A stretch of 64,000 nucleotides of DNA from a virus (IMGVR_UViG_3300014205_000206:20059-84058); one strand, 5' to 3'. Positions 1-10,602 are shown, counted from the stretch's first letter. The notes: a model not told the origin generated them from the sequence alone. Program-made: numbers and translations.

Positions 1-609
1 GGTAAAAATACCAGTTGTGAAATCAAGGTGACTTGTATCAGCAGCGACGGCTCCGCATGTAACGCGGTCACCAGCGCCATCGAAGTATAGTTGATACGTT
101 CCTCCGCTGTACTTGCGATCTTGAATCGGGTACTCAAGTCTCGCGTCTTTGTTGCGTAGAGCGATAGTCACTTCATCAATTCCAACGAGCGCTGGGCCGT
201 CTCCCTCCCCAGAGAACACAGTGAGGAAGTCAGCGTGGGCAACAAACCCGTAGACAGGCGAGTAACCACCGTGTTTGATCGTTACCGTTCGGCCATCAAA
301 TGCATAAAGTCGAAGGTAGTCTAGATCGCCAATATCTTGCAATAGGACAATCGATCCTCCGTCGCGTGGAGGAAGAAGGCCGCCGAGCGATCCAAGCTCA
401 TCGATGGTGGCGGAGAAATTGTAACCATTGGCCATACGAGCTTCATACTGCTGCGAATCCGGAGTATCTCCAATCTCAGTTCCGTAGGTTGATGTTGAGA
501 AGTAGAGCGTTCCGGTCGTCTCGCCAACTGTGTCGTAGTAATCTACCTCAGCAAGCCAAATACTTACGCGCATTGGGTCTGACAAGAATTGTTCGTAGGT
601 GGCGCCCAT
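1..609 (-). CDS. Tail-tip/hub-like virion protein (runs off window edge; not in ORF track)
   Basis: ATG at 609 directly after the tape-measure stop; frame open to base 1 (MGATYEQFLSDPMRVSIWLAEVDYYD...YQLYFDGAGDRVTCG...LDFTTGIFT); position after tape measure. Confidence 0.7.
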   Translation of the reverse strand, partial: MGATYEQFLSDPMRVSIWLAEVDYYDTVGETTGTLYFSTSTYGTEIGDTPDSQQYEARMANGYNFSATIDELGSLGGLLPPRDGGSIVLLQDIGDLDYLRLYAFDGRTVTIKHGGYSPVYGFVAHADFLTVFSGEGDGPALVGIDEVTIALRNKDARLEYPIQDRKYSGGTYQLYFDGAGDRVTCGAVAADTSHLDFTTGIFT

Positions 610-610
610 G

Positions 611-3600
611 TTATGAACCCCTCACCGAACTGTTGCGTCCGCCCGTGTAACCAGCGTATGAAAGCTTCGGCTTTCGGTTTCTGTCCGATGACGATTCTCT
701 TAGTCCCTTTGCAGTAAGCTCTGCAATCAATTCTAGATTGCGGTTCATACGAGCAGCATGGTTGTTTGTCGAAATACTTGGAGTTCCACCAACAGCAGAA
801 GACTGAGAAGCTTGATTATTTGCCGCTGCACCTTGATTTTCTGGTCCGTTAGCATTGTTTCCTACCTGCTGGAATAGCCAAGTTCGAAGTGCAGCGATCT
901 GGGCTGCGGTCATAGATCCCGGAGTCATTCCGAGCATATTCTCCATGGTCGAAACGAAGTCGGACATTTCTGATATAGACACCTGACTATCTTCGAGTAT
1001 CGATTGAACAATCGAAGTCAAGTCTCCAAGTTCTGTCCCATTAAGTTGCGACCAATCAAGGTTATAAGCTTCGAAAACCTCCTGCAAAGTACGAGGAGTC
1101 TGCGTCGGTGTTCCCGGAGGAGTGAATCCGCCGCCACCACCTGTACCACTACCAGTTGTGTCGAAATTCATCCACAGCAAATACATGTTGTCTAGGATCT
1201 CGGCAATCGTATCTAGCCTCTGCTCAATTGGTTGGTACTGGCTTGGGACTTGATCCAGAATGTCCTGAATGGACCCCATGATTGCCGTCATGTCTTCATT
1301 AATGGTATTGAAAATGTCGCTGTATCCAGCGCTAGCTGTTCCGAACATCTGCGAAGCCAAATCCAGGTACGATTGGGCTGCGGCTGGAAGTTGCTCCATC
1401 GCGTTCAAATCGCCAGCTTGAGCTAGTGCAAGAAGACGCTCGTATTCAGCCTGAGCCATGTCGTACTGGTCAGAAATGCTGTACGGAGACAGTTCAGATG
1501 TTTGCAGATCCTTTAGGAAGTCAGTGTACGTCTGCAAGATGTTACGAAGGCGATCTAGTGCACGGAGCAACGCCTGCAACGTGTCTTCAAGCGGATTAGA
1601 TCCGCTAGTGTCTCCTCCACCACCAGTATCGCCAGTTGGAACGGTGAAGTCTGGAGGATTTCTACGAGCCTCGTTAAGAATGTCGAGTAGATACTCGTAC
1701 AACTCTTGGTTGATCCAGTGCTGAGCGTAAGCTGTTTCAAGTGTTAGTTCGAATTCGGCCAACTTCATGTTGTATTCGAATTCGGCCAAACGTGCTCTAA
1801 TCTCTGCACTCTTTTCAGAGTCGCCAAGCGCATCTGTGAAGTACACAGCCATATTCAGCAGGTTGACGGCCATTTGGTCGTTGAATTCCCGCTGAACCTG
1901 CTCTGAGTGTGCTAGGGCATCAGCGTACTCTTCGGCGGTGATTGTACCGTTCCTGAAGTCTTCACCCAATTGAGAATTAGCCTTATCAAGATCGATGAAT
2001 CTCTTAATCAATCCTGTCAGGTTATCTCGCACGCTTTCCATTGGAGATCCGAACGAATCCAACAAGTCTTCGCGCAAACGAGCCATCGCTTCGTGACGAA
2101 CACGGGCCAGTTCTTCCTCTTGACCAATGTATTCGTCCAGCAATGCTTGATCGTCAAATGCAGCGTTCAGCTCCTCGACGGCGCGCTGGTAGTCGGTCAG
2201 GTTCTCACTTCTGTAGCTCTCCAAGAAGTCAGCACGCAGACGAGCAAGCTCTGCAAGACGAGCAGCTTCAAGCTCTTCTTCCATGCCGAGGCGACGAGCA
2301 GCCTTGACTTGAGCATCGTAGGCTTCGTTGATGTCGTAAATCGCGCCAGCCACTTCGCTCATGGCATCGCGCTGCTTCTGCTTCCAGAACGACCAGAACT
2401 CATCGATGATGTTAGGTCCAGTGTTGCCGCCACGGCCACCGTTGGGGTTAGGCAAGTGGATCTCAGCCATATCGATCGGCTTGATGGCGTCGAGCGCTGC
2501 CATTGCCTGATTGATCGCGTCGAGCTGGATCTGTAGCGCAGCCAGTGAAGCGCCACCTGCGGCGCGACGCACCTCGAACTCGTTACGCGCGATCTCCATG
2601 TCTTGGCTGGCGAGTTCGTTGCGTGCGCCGATTCGCCAAGAGGCGATGTCGACCTCTGTGTTCGACATGCTCATGTCCGCGTCGATCAGGTCGCGGCGCA
2701 TCCGCATTTTGATTAGGTCGAACTCATACTTACGGTTAACCCACTCGACCTCAGTTCCAAATATGGCGATTTTGTGCTCAAGCTCCGCCTTGGCCAGCTC
2801 CATGTTTGCCTTCGACATCGCCAGTTGAGCATTGAACATCGCGGCCTGACGTTGACGCTCTGCCATCTGCTCCGCAGCGCTCGCTTCGTGGCCGGTGATC
2901 TGGTCGCGAATGGAGGCAAACTGCTGAACCGTCCACTGCTCGGCGACCACCGCAGCGTCGCCCATCGACACACCCATTGCGTGTAGCTGACTAGCTAGTT
3001 GGCTAGCTTGAGCCGGAAGATCGCGAAGTTGAATCTCGATATCAGTCAGCCCAGACAGGTCGTTCATAATCTGCGTGACAGCCTTGATGGCTGCGGCAAA
3101 TTCGTCCGGACCCTTGCTGGCGTCGAAGTTGTCAATCACCTGCTGCACGATTGGATTTAGGCTGTTCTTCAAGTTCTCTGCGCTGAACAACTTCTTCATA
3201 GCAGCTACGATGGCTTCATCCATCGTCTTGAATGTGCCAATTACAACCCCATCAACGAGAGCTCGGAATCCCTTTTTATCGTTTCGAACAGCAATGGCAG
3301 CCCTGTGAGCACCATCAAGCAACGCACCAGTTGCAGACTGAACTTCGTCTAGAAGTGACTTGAAAGCATCAGCAATCTTTGCTCCGGTTTCGTTCAATTT
3401 TCCACTACTGAACATTGTGTCGGAGCCGCTGTTATAGCTAACTGTCGTTTGGTAACGAACAGCGTTGGCTCGATCAACCTGATGCTTCAATATAGCCACA
3501 GCGGCGGCGGCAACTGCCACCCACGCACCAAGAGCCATTGCTCCGCTTGAAATTCCAGCTCCCCCGCCAGCTCCTCCACCTCCGAACAATCCCTTCAACG

Positions 3601-6600
3601 CACCCATAAATCCGCCGCCACCGCTGGATGAACTCCCGCCACTAATAGCCTTGGATGCGAGTGCAGCTTTGGCAATAGCCACAAGCATGGCAGACAGCCA
3701 CTTAGCTACAGCTTCAAGCATCGAGGCTTGCAGGTTCTTGCCTAGATTCTTGACGGCGTCTTTGTTACCTTCGCCAAGTTCAGTCAGGAACGTCTTTAGT
3801 CCACCCTCAAGCGCGCTCCACATGTCCTCCTTGAAGTCATGCGTGATCTTGGCCAAATCGACCTTAATCTTGGCAAGCGAGCTAGCCTTCAACTGCGCTT
3901 CGAACTCGATGACATCGTCTTTGCCAATCTGACCACTTCTTAGGGCATCGGCAATCTGCTTCTGGATGTTGAACGCCTCTAGAGCGCCCTGCCCACCCTT
4001 TAGGGCTACGGCGTACTTCTCCATCCACTCGGTTTCGTACTTCAAGTCATCGATAAGCTTGGTTGCAGATACATCCTGTTGCGACTTGGCCAATTCCTTG
4101 TTAGCGTCAGCTAGCTTCATAATGGCAAGCCACATCTCTGCGGTGATCTTCGCTCCAGGCTTGACGATGGCATTGTATGCTGCCTGATACGCAGCCACAT
4201 CCATCAACGCTTCAGACCCAGCATTCAGCGCGATGACGTATTGCTCGTTCTGGTCGATAGCGTTTTGGATAGCCGACGTATCTTCGTACAGCTTATTGGC
4301 TAGTTCAGTTTCGATGTTCGAATCGTACACAGCGGCGGCTTTGCGCTTCGTGGACTCGATATATCCGTCGTCAATTGTTACGCTGTTAGCCTTCGCCTTC
4401 GTAAGTATATCTTCGGTGATTGCAGCAATGCCGATGGCGCGAGTTTGCTCGTCTACGGCGTCTGCGCCGCTCTTGTACGCGCTTAGCATCTTGCTATTAG
4501 ATGCAAGTTGGTTGTCCATCTGGATGTTCAGCTTCGCCATCTCTTCGTTCGCTTGACGAAGACCGGGAGATAGCTCATCCATCAGGATGTTGGCACCGTT
4601 CTGTTTGATCTCGTTTAGGCGTTCTTGCGCTTCGGCTGAACCTTTGGCACCAAACTTACCAGCCTCATACAACTCGTTCGCCAGCGCCATGGCGTCGTCG
4701 AAGTTCTTTTGAGCCGTGTTGAACTCATCGTACTTCTTAAGCATCCTATCGATTTCTTTTTGATAGGCGTTGGCTGCGCTGGCGGATTCGCGCAACTCTT
4801 TTGCATCGCTTTTTGCAAGACCCGGAGTTGTCGCGTTCTGACGAGCTTTCAACGCATCAGCTTTTTGCCTTTCAACTTCAGCTAGCTGCTCTTTCAATCC
4901 ACCTAGTCGCTTAAACTCCCCCTTTTCAAAGTCTTGCTGGATCTGCTTAAGCGTTTCTTGATATGTCTTTTCCGCTTCAATAGCTCGCTTTGAAGAGGTA
5001 ACGACATCGTCCATCTCGCTCGTCATCCAATGGAATCGAGCGTTCGCTTTTTCCACCACCACAGCAAGTACACCAGCTTCTACTCGCAAGTCAGCTAGAG
5101 ACTTAGATCCGGTTTTCGAAACAGCCTCGATCTTTTCTAGGTTTGTAACGTCTAGTTCGATGCTTTCATCAACCTTGCCAGGCAACCTAGCCTTGCTTTT
5201 TTCTAGTTCTTTGATTAGATCGAGAACGTTTTTTAGGTCTTCTTTTGCTTTATCAAGCCCAAGCTTCGGAGCCAATCGTTCTTCTGGCGTTATCGGTTGG
5301 TCATTCCTTCCGGCCAATTTGTCTTGCAATGAACGAAGGATGTCGAATTGGGTCTTTACCTGATTCGTGTTTGCGATGATTCTGAGGATCGCTTCGTCAC
5401 TTTCCTTTTCTGACTTCTTGATTTGATCGTAAAGCAAGTGCGTTCCTTCAGCGATCAATGCAATGCCGATGGTGACGAGTCCTCCGATTGAACTCCAAAA
5501 CACTTTCGCAGCGGAAGCGGCATCCAACAATGCCACCTTGAATAGCTTCAGTTTGGCGATTGCTGACTCAAACCACAACACTACAGCCAACGCCAGCAGC
5601 GTCTTGATAGTTTCGATCAAAGCACCAAAGCTTGCAGTAACGGCAGCAACAAGCTGCGGCAAATGAATTGTTTGAGACGTGCTAACTAGAAAATCAAACC
5701 ATTCATTCTTTAGTCGGTTAAGCTCGGCGGATAGCAACTTCGCACCAGAAATAGAACCTGGACCGAACACTTCATGCAGCTTGGCAGCGAGCTTCGGTAG
5801 CAAGTCTTCCGAGAGAACTCTACCTTGCTCAAGGTTCTTTGCAAGTTCCAACTGTGTCCATCCCATCGCTTCAGCAGCTAGACGGAAAGCTCCGGGGATA
5901 CGCTCGGCAAACTGACCACGCAACTCTTCGCTTTGTACTGTACCCTTAGAAATCATCTGCTGCAAAGCTAGGATAGCTCCCTCGGCAACTTCCGAGGATA
6001 GACCCATAGCTGTCGTGGCTTCGGAAACGGACACGAAAATGTCGCGTACCTGCGCAGACGACAAAGAAGTATTCTGAGCAGCCACATCGAACTTAGCAAA
6101 CGAAACACCGACGCTCTGGATATCAAGACCAAGCTTTTGTGCGTTGTCTCGAAGGAACGCCATCTTGTCTGCGGCCTCGCCTGCACTTCCAGACGAAATA
6201 GCAAACGTGTTAGTCATACGGTCGAACGACTGACGAGCGCCAACCATCTCGTTCTTCAACTTGTTCAGTGCAACAGTAGCCAGCGTTCCGATGGCAGTTT
6301 GGAACGCAGTAAGGCTATACGTAGCCTTGTCTGTCGATGGCTTAATATTTTGCGTAGCCTTTTCCTGCGCCTTGAGTTCCTTTTCTAGCTTGTTGACAGC
6401 ATCGCGTGCCGCATACTCTTGGCGAGTGAACTGATCGATAGCCTGACCAGCCTTGCTGGTCGCGTCTGTACCGGCACGCATCTGGCGCGTCTCGATTTCG
6501 TGGGCAAGATTGAACGCAGCAATGCCGGATCGACCGCCATTGTATGCAGCGGCGAGCCCTTGAAGTCTAGCGACTTCGGCTTGAATGCTGGCCACGAATG

Positions 6601-7303
6601 CATCGGTCTTCTGCTTCGCGAGATCCATCGCCGCGTTGTCGGCTAGGGCTGCGGCGTGGGCGGCTTCGAATGCAGCCGACTTCTGCCTTATAGACTTTTC
6701 TGCGGCTGAAATGGCGGCGGTCAAATCCCAATGCTTAGCGGCGTCGGCAGCTACAGCTTGTCCTTCTTGGCTTTGCAGGGTTCTGCCAGCTTCAAGAAGC
6801 GCGTTCTTGACGAACATCTTCTTATTGTAGGCATCTACGGCACCTTCACCACCTTGATAGGCGGCATATAGACCCTTAAGCGCCTGAACCTCTTGATACA
6901 AAGCTACTGCTGACTGGTCCTGAACCGTTCTCTTTGCGATCTTCGCAGACAAGGCGGAACGCTCAGCAGCTTCCTGTGCCCTGAGCGCCTGTTCGCTTGC
7001 TTTTACTGCCGCTACTAGAGCGATGTTTTGGCGAACCGATTCGGCAAGCTCTTTGCCTAGTTTGTTCTTAGTATCTAGGTTGTGCCTTTCGAGCGCATCC
7101 AAAACCGCCATTTCGGTGTTGTACTTATCGACTGCGGCTCTTCCGACTGCATAAGCGGAGTTTAGATTACCAAGGCTTACGTTGATTTTCTTGATCGCTT
7201 CTGTGGCCTCGGCTGCCCCACCAGCGACAGCCTTGGCCCCCGAGACGGCACCAGAAGGATCGATGTTTACCTTGAGGGTAATCTCTTTGGCTGCTGCCAT
7301 CAC
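611..7303 (-). CDS. Tail tape measure protein (2230 aa)
   Basis: Ala-rich helical protein with tape-measure domain (ALQQMISKGTVQSEELRGQFAERIPGA), downstream of tail chaperones. Confidence 0.95.
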   Translation of the reverse strand: MMAAAKEITLKVNIDPSGAVSGAKAVAGGAAEATEAIKKINVSLGNLNSAYAVGRAAVDKYNTEMAVLDALERHNLDTKNKLGKELAESVRQNIALVAAVKASEQALRAQEAAERSALSAKIAKRTVQDQSAVALYQEVQALKGLYAAYQGGEGAVDAYNKKMFVKNALLEAGRTLQSQEGQAVAADAAKHWDLTAAISAAEKSIRQKSAAFEAAHAAALADNAAMDLAKQKTDAFVASIQAEVARLQGLAAAYNGGRSGIAAFNLAHEIETRQMRAGTDATSKAGQAIDQFTRQEYAARDAVNKLEKELKAQEKATQNIKPSTDKATYSLTAFQTAIGTLATVALNKLKNEMVGARQSFDRMTNTFAISSGSAGEAADKMAFLRDNAQKLGLDIQSVGVSFAKFDVAAQNTSLSSAQVRDIFVSVSEATTAMGLSSEVAEGAILALQQMISKGTVQSEELRGQFAERIPGAFRLAAEAMGWTQLELAKNLEQGRVLSEDLLPKLAAKLHEVFGPGSISGAKLLSAELNRLKNEWFDFLVSTSQTIHLPQLVAAVTASFGALIETIKTLLALAVVLWFESAIAKLKLFKVALLDAASAAKVFWSSIGGLVTIGIALIAEGTHLLYDQIKKSEKESDEAILRIIANTNQVKTQFDILRSLQDKLAGRNDQPITPEERLAPKLGLDKAKEDLKNVLDLIKELEKSKARLPGKVDESIELDVTNLEKIEAVSKTGSKSLADLRVEAGVLAVVVEKANARFHWMTSEMDDVVTSSKRAIEAEKTYQETLKQIQQDFEKGEFKRLGGLKEQLAEVERQKADALKARQNATTPGLAKSDAKELRESASAANAYQKEIDRMLKKYDEFNTAQKNFDDAMALANELYEAGKFGAKGSAEAQERLNEIKQNGANILMDELSPGLRQANEEMAKLNIQMDNQLASNSKMLSAYKSGADAVDEQTRAIGIAAITEDILTKAKANSVTIDDGYIESTKRKAAAVYDSNIETELANKLYEDTSAIQNAIDQNEQYVIALNAGSEALMDVAAYQAAYNAIVKPGAKITAEMWLAIMKLADANKELAKSQQDVSATKLIDDLKYETEWMEKYAVALKGGQGALEAFNIQKQIADALRSGQIGKDDVIEFEAQLKASSLAKIKVDLAKITHDFKEDMWSALEGGLKTFLTELGEGNKDAVKNLGKNLQASMLEAVAKWLSAMLVAIAKAALASKAISGGSSSSGGGGFMGALKGLFGGGGAGGGAGISSGAMALGAWVAVAAAAVAILKHQVDRANAVRYQTTVSYNSGSDTMFSSGKLNETGAKIADAFKSLLDEVQSATGALLDGAHRAAIAVRNDKKGFRALVDGVVIGTFKTMDEAIVAAMKKLFSAENLKNSLNPIVQQVIDNFDASKGPDEFAAAIKAVTQIMNDLSGLTDIEIQLRDLPAQASQLASQLHAMGVSMGDAAVVAEQWTVQQFASIRDQITGHEASAAEQMAERQRQAAMFNAQLAMSKANMELAKAELEHKIAIFGTEVEWVNRKYEFDLIKMRMRRDLIDADMSMSNTEVDIASWRIGARNELASQDMEIARNEFEVRRAAGGASLAALQIQLDAINQAMAALDAIKPIDMAEIHLPNPNGGRGGNTGPNIIDEFWSFWKQKQRDAMSEVAGAIYDINEAYDAQVKAARRLGMEEELEAARLAELARLRADFLESYRSENLTDYQRAVEELNAAFDDQALLDEYIGQEEELARVRHEAMARLREDLLDSFGSPMESVRDNLTGLIKRFIDLDKANSQLGEDFRNGTITAEEYADALAHSEQVQREFNDQMAVNLLNMAVYFTDALGDSEKSAEIRARLAEFEYNMKLAEFELTLETAYAQHWINQELYEYLLDILNEARRNPPDFTVPTGDTGGGGDTSGSNPLEDTLQALLRALDRLRNILQTYTDFLKDLQTSELSPYSISDQYDMAQAEYERLLALAQAGDLNAMEQLPAAAQSYLDLASQMFGTASAGYSDIFNTINEDMTAIMGSIQDILDQVPSQYQPIEQRLDTIAEILDNMYLLWMNFDTTGSGTGGGGGFTPPGTPTQTPRTLQEVFEAYNLDWSQLNGTELGDLTSIVQSILEDSQVSISEMSDFVSTMENMLGMTPGSMTAAQIAALRTWLFQQVGNNANGPENQGAAANNQASQSSAVGGTPSISTNNHAARMNRNLELIAELTAKGLRESSSDRNRKPKLSYAGYTGGRNSSVRGS

Positions 7304-7677
7304 TTACCCCCTTCGGGAATCTTAGGAAGCTTAGCTGAAAGCTTCTTGTTTAGATGCTCAAGCTCTGTGTAGTCAAGCCGCGTGCAATACAACTTTGCTT
7401 CGTGCCATAGGTGACTTGGCATTCCACACTGGTCGAAGTACGTCCTCATCATCGTGACCGGGATTGGCGCGTAGCCTGACATCCCGATTGGACGACACGA
7501 TCTTAGGTCCCTGAACAAGTCCATCGCCCATGCCAAATGATACGGAACTGTTGGCGCGTCGTCCAGCACCGGAACCGGCATGCCGTCCTCGTACAACTTT
7601 AGCAACTGCGTACGTTGCTTGTCGTCGAATTTGGCATGCCAGTCCAGTTCCCATAGCAGGGCTTCTGTCAGTTTCCC
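7300..7677 (-). CDS. Tail assembly chaperone, -1 frameshift extension (gpT-like part of gpGT)
   Basis: The -1 frame is open from GGGAAAC (GKLTEALLWELDWHAKFDDKQRTQLLKLYEDG...) into the 7300..7605 ORF and ends overlapping the tape-measure start. Confidence 0.85.
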   Translation of the reverse strand, partial: GKLTEALLWELDWHAKFDDKQRTQLLKLYEDGMPVPVLDDAPTVPYHLAWAMDLFRDLRSCRPIGMSGYAPIPVTMMRTYFDQCGMPSHLWHEAKLYCTRLDYTELEHLNKKLSAKLPKIPEGGK

Positions 7678-8102
7678 GCGTTGTCCTCGATCTGTTCGCG
7701 ATGGAAGTTCTCGCGCTCGGAAGAGAACTCTAGCAGCGCATTCCCAAGGCCACGGACGGCCTTCAGAACGGTGACGAAGTTCACCTCAGTGAACTCGCTG
7801 TAGGCGGGGTCGATGTTGTCCCAGTCGAGAATCAGCGTTCCGTACATCGCCTTGAACCCGATCTCTTCGGACATCTCGGGCGGCAACTTCTTGACGTAGT
7901 TCTGGCGACCGTCCTTCTTCTTCAGGTCCGGACGCGACTGGCGGATCGAGTCTTCGAGGCGGTTCAACTTCTTGGCGAAGTCTTCGCGACCGATAAACGC
8001 GACGAGGAACTTACCACCCTCGTCATACGTGTACCACTCGCCTGAGTCTTCCTTCTCCTGCTTCGCCTTCATGTCGCTGATACTGAGGATCTTTGCGGTC
8101 AT
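7668..8102 (-). CDS. Tail assembly chaperone (gpG-like)
   Basis: Between tail tube and tape measure; ends in a slippery site; GGAGG RBS. Confidence 0.85.
   Translation of the reverse strand: MTAKILSISDMKAKQEKEDSGEWYTYDEGGKFLVAFIGREDFAKKLNRLEDSIRQSRPDLKKKDGRQNYVKKLPPEMSEEIGFKAMYGTLILDWDNIDPAYSEFTEVNFVTVLKAVRGLGNALLEFSSERENFHREQIEDNAGN
7671..7677 (-). promoter_or_regulatory. -1 programmed ribosomal frameshift heptamer G GGA AAC
   Basis: X XXY YYZ pattern in the correct register immediately before the TGA of the gpG-like ORF. Confidence 0.85.
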
Positions 8103-8144
8103 TTCATTACCTCCAAAAGAGTGCTACAAGTTAATAGGTACTGC

Positions 8145-8187
8145 AAAAAGACCGGCGGGAGAGAGAGGGGAGCCCCCTCCCGCCGGT
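8145..8187 (-). terminator. Rho-independent terminator after tail tube gene
   Basis: ACCGGCGGGAG/CTCCCGCCGGT stem followed by a U-tract on the minus strand. Confidence 0.8.
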
Positions 8188-8201
8188 TGCGTGCCGCAGG
8201 C

Positions 8202-9401
8202 TTATGTTGTGCTGATCTTGTCGATCTGGATCTGGTAGTCGTCAGCTCCCTTGTAGCAGCTAAACGGAAGCTTGCACATCGACTGGCCGGATAGAGCGCC
8301 AGCTTCAGGCGTTCCTCCGCCGTACTTGTACGCAGGCAGCGTGATGATGTAGTACACCGGGCTGGCGCCGTTACGGACGACGAACGAAAGCTCCGTCTCG
8401 GTGAAGGCAATGTACTTGTCGATGAACGTTCCGGCATTTGCGGAGAAGTAAATGTTCAACTCTCCGGTAATGTCCATGACTCCATAGGTGATGTCAGGAG
8501 GAGTCAGGTTGCCGACAGCGTCGATCATCGACAGGTTGTTCTTCGCGCTCAGCGTAAGCGAAGAGATGTACTCGGCAAACGAAGCGTTTCCTTCGTTCAA
8601 ACCGATGATGTCTTCAGTGGTGTTAAAGGCATCGTTGCTATTCACAGCAGTTGGGGTTCCCGATGTTGCCGTTGCGCCAGTACGAGTGAACGACTTACCC
8701 ATCCAAGAGAACGTCGCTGTAACCAGAGCCTTCGCGCTGATGTTCAGGCTCCAGTCGTTTAGACGCATACCACGGAACTGGAAGAACTGGTTCACATCGG
8801 TATGAGCCTGCTCGATGGTGAACGAACGTCCAGTGATCCCGTTACGCAGCATGCCTGCATTCTTGATGGTAACTGTTGCGCCAGCCGCTTCGACTGTCAA
8901 TCCAGGAGTTGCCGAGAACAGGCCAGTAGTTACGTCTACTTTGCCATCAAAAGTCACGGTGCCGGCAACAACAGCCGAAACGCGGAACAAGTGGTTGTTG
9001 GCGGCTGCTACGAATCCTCCGACTTTGACCCACATTCCCGCTTGGACGCCATCTACGATGAGCTGGCTTCCGGAGTCAGTGATCGTGGTAGCTGTTGCGG
9101 CATAGGTTGTTCCGGAAATAGCAACTGCGGTTGACCATGTTCCGCAAAGCGCGGCTTCCATGAGGTCATCGAATTGACCATAGGCCAGTTCGAATTCCAT
9201 GGACCCCTCGGCATGCTGACCGGTACGGTAGAAACCCTGAACCATTCGGTCAGAGCGAACCGCCTTCGAAGTCACGGTGTCGGTCTTGCCGTCCAGTGAT
9301 CCGCCGGTACGGGCCAGTTCAACCCAGGTTGATGTTCCCGGAGTTGTTCCGAATGTAACTTCCTCGATGTAGCGCCATGCGACGCTATTGCTTGCAGACA
9401 T
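8202..9401 (-). CDS. Major tail tube protein
   Basis: 399 aa, beta-rich (EEVTFGTTP, AEGSMEFELAYGQFDDLMEAAL); followed by terminator and chaperones. Confidence 0.85.
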   Translation of the reverse strand: MSASNSVAWRYIEEVTFGTTPGTSTWVELARTGGSLDGKTDTVTSKAVRSDRMVQGFYRTGQHAEGSMEFELAYGQFDDLMEAALCGTWSTAVAISGTTYAATATTITDSGSQLIVDGVQAGMWVKVGGFVAAANNHLFRVSAVVAGTVTFDGKVDVTTGLFSATPGLTVEAAGATVTIKNAGMLRNGITGRSFTIEQAHTDVNQFFQFRGMRLNDWSLNISAKALVTATFSWMGKSFTRTGATATSGTPTAVNSNDAFNTTEDIIGLNEGNASFAEYISSLTLSAKNNLSMIDAVGNLTPPDITYGVMDITGELNIYFSANAGTFIDKYIAFTETELSFVVRNGASPVYYIITLPAYKYGGGTPEAGALSGQSMCKLPFSCYKGADDYQIQIDKISTT

Positions 9402-9404
9402 GTT

Positions 9405-9698
9405 TTACTCCTTCGCCGGTTCGGCGTCGTTGAAATGCTTCAGCTTCTTGGATCGCTTAATCGCTTCATCGGCGGCAGGAATAGCAGTCTCCATGGTAGC
9501 TTCATCGGCGGCAGGAATAGCAGTCTTCATAGCAGCTTCAGTGCGCACTTCTGCTAGGGTAGCCTTGACGGCTGTTCCTTGAGAAATGGCTTCATTGGCG
9601 ACTTCTGCACGCAGGTCGGCGTACGAGCCAACTTCCACTTCGAATCCGTCTTCCCCTAGATCGTCAACCTTGAATGTTGCAGTCGCCTTAATGAGCAT
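9405..9698 (-). CDS. Hypothetical protein with duplicated TAIPAADEA
   Basis: 97-aa ORF with GAGGAG RBS. Confidence 0.65.
   Translation of the reverse strand: MLIKATATFKVDDLGEDGFEVEVGSYADLRAEVANEAISQGTAVKATLAEVRTEAAMKTAIPAADEATMETAIPAADEAIKRSKKLKHFNDAEPAKE
9463..9526. repeat. 28-bp direct repeat, 36-bp period (coding)
   Basis: GCTTCATCGGCGGCAGGAATAGCAGTCT at 9463 and 9499. Confidence 0.9.
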
Positions 9699-9745
9699 TG
9701 AATCTCCTCACTCAGTTGCGTATATAGTAACAGGTAGTTGCGACA

Positions 9746-10162
9746 TCAGATAGTCACAACTGTTTCCCTGTAGTATGGCAGAAACACTTGCCAAGTATGG
9801 AACAAGCCGTCCGTTCCGCTGTCTCTGGCAAAACCGCGACGGTCAAACCGAACTCCGTTGCTTGTGTAGGGCGAGAAATCTTCGATCAGCAGGTCACAAA
9901 GCTGGTTACCACGCTCATCTCCACTACCGATAGGCGTGAACACTTCAACGACAAGCGTCCCGTACTTGCGTTCTTTCTGGACGCTGGCGGCGATGCTTAC
10001 CCACTCAGAAATACCATCTTCGATCCTTGGACGGATGTATTCGACACCCTCCTTTTGTATGTATGGTCCAAGGTTGAAACCTTCCCAAGAGATCTCTGTT
10101 GTCGATCCCCAGTTGGTGCTCAATCGGACGCGGATAACGTCACGCTCTGCTTCCATTCCCAT
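9746..10162 (-). CDS. Tail terminator/completion protein
   Basis: 138 aa in neck cluster (GTLVVEVFTPIGSG...LCDLL). Confidence 0.7.
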   Translation of the reverse strand: MGMEAERDVIRVRLSTNWGSTTEISWEGFNLGPYIQKEGVEYIRPRIEDGISEWVSIAASVQKERKYGTLVVEVFTPIGSGDERGNQLCDLLIEDFSPYTSNGVRFDRRGFARDSGTDGLFHTWQVFLPYYRETVVTI

Positions 10163-10602
10163 TACAAGAACCTCGAATAAGCGTTTTCGACAGCAGCTTC
10201 GATGAAACCGGCTTTAGTTGGGTGGCGGTCGTTAACGTGGTTGACGTAGCGGACGTTATTGACCACGTAGGAGCGAGTTCCGAATCTTGCGTTTTTCAAT
10301 TCGGCTGCGATATTTCGGGCTAGACCCAAGTTCTCGCGGCCTTCTGCTCCGTGGATTCCGGCCCGGTCGCCCTTCTTGCGGGCACGTTCTTCTGGAACGA
10401 AGTCGGACGGTTCTCCTATGGACGGAACCCATCCAGCGCGAAGCATGCCGGTATCAACCGGAGTAGCCAGCAACAAGTTCCTAAGTACCTCTACGGTCAG
10501 ATCGCCTTGAATCTTCTTGCACTCATCCTTGACCATGTCGTCAAACAAACCAAGTTCTTTGGTTAGAACCTTTGTATTGATCTCGTATGTTCTGTCCATC
10601 AC
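10162..10602 (-). CDS. HK97 gp10-like neck protein
   Basis: TPVDTGMLRAGW motif and VVNNVRYV. Confidence 0.8.
   Translation of the reverse strand: MMDRTYEINTKVLTKELGLFDDMVKDECKKIQGDLTVEVLRNLLLATPVDTGMLRAGWVPSIGEPSDFVPEERARKKGDRAGIHGAEGRENLGLARNIAAELKNARFGTRSYVVNNVRYVNHVNDRHPTKAGFIEAAVENAYSRFL

Noticed and set aside
9714-9742. AGTTGCG direct repeat upstream of 9698
   Set aside because: Only two 7-mers; could be chance.
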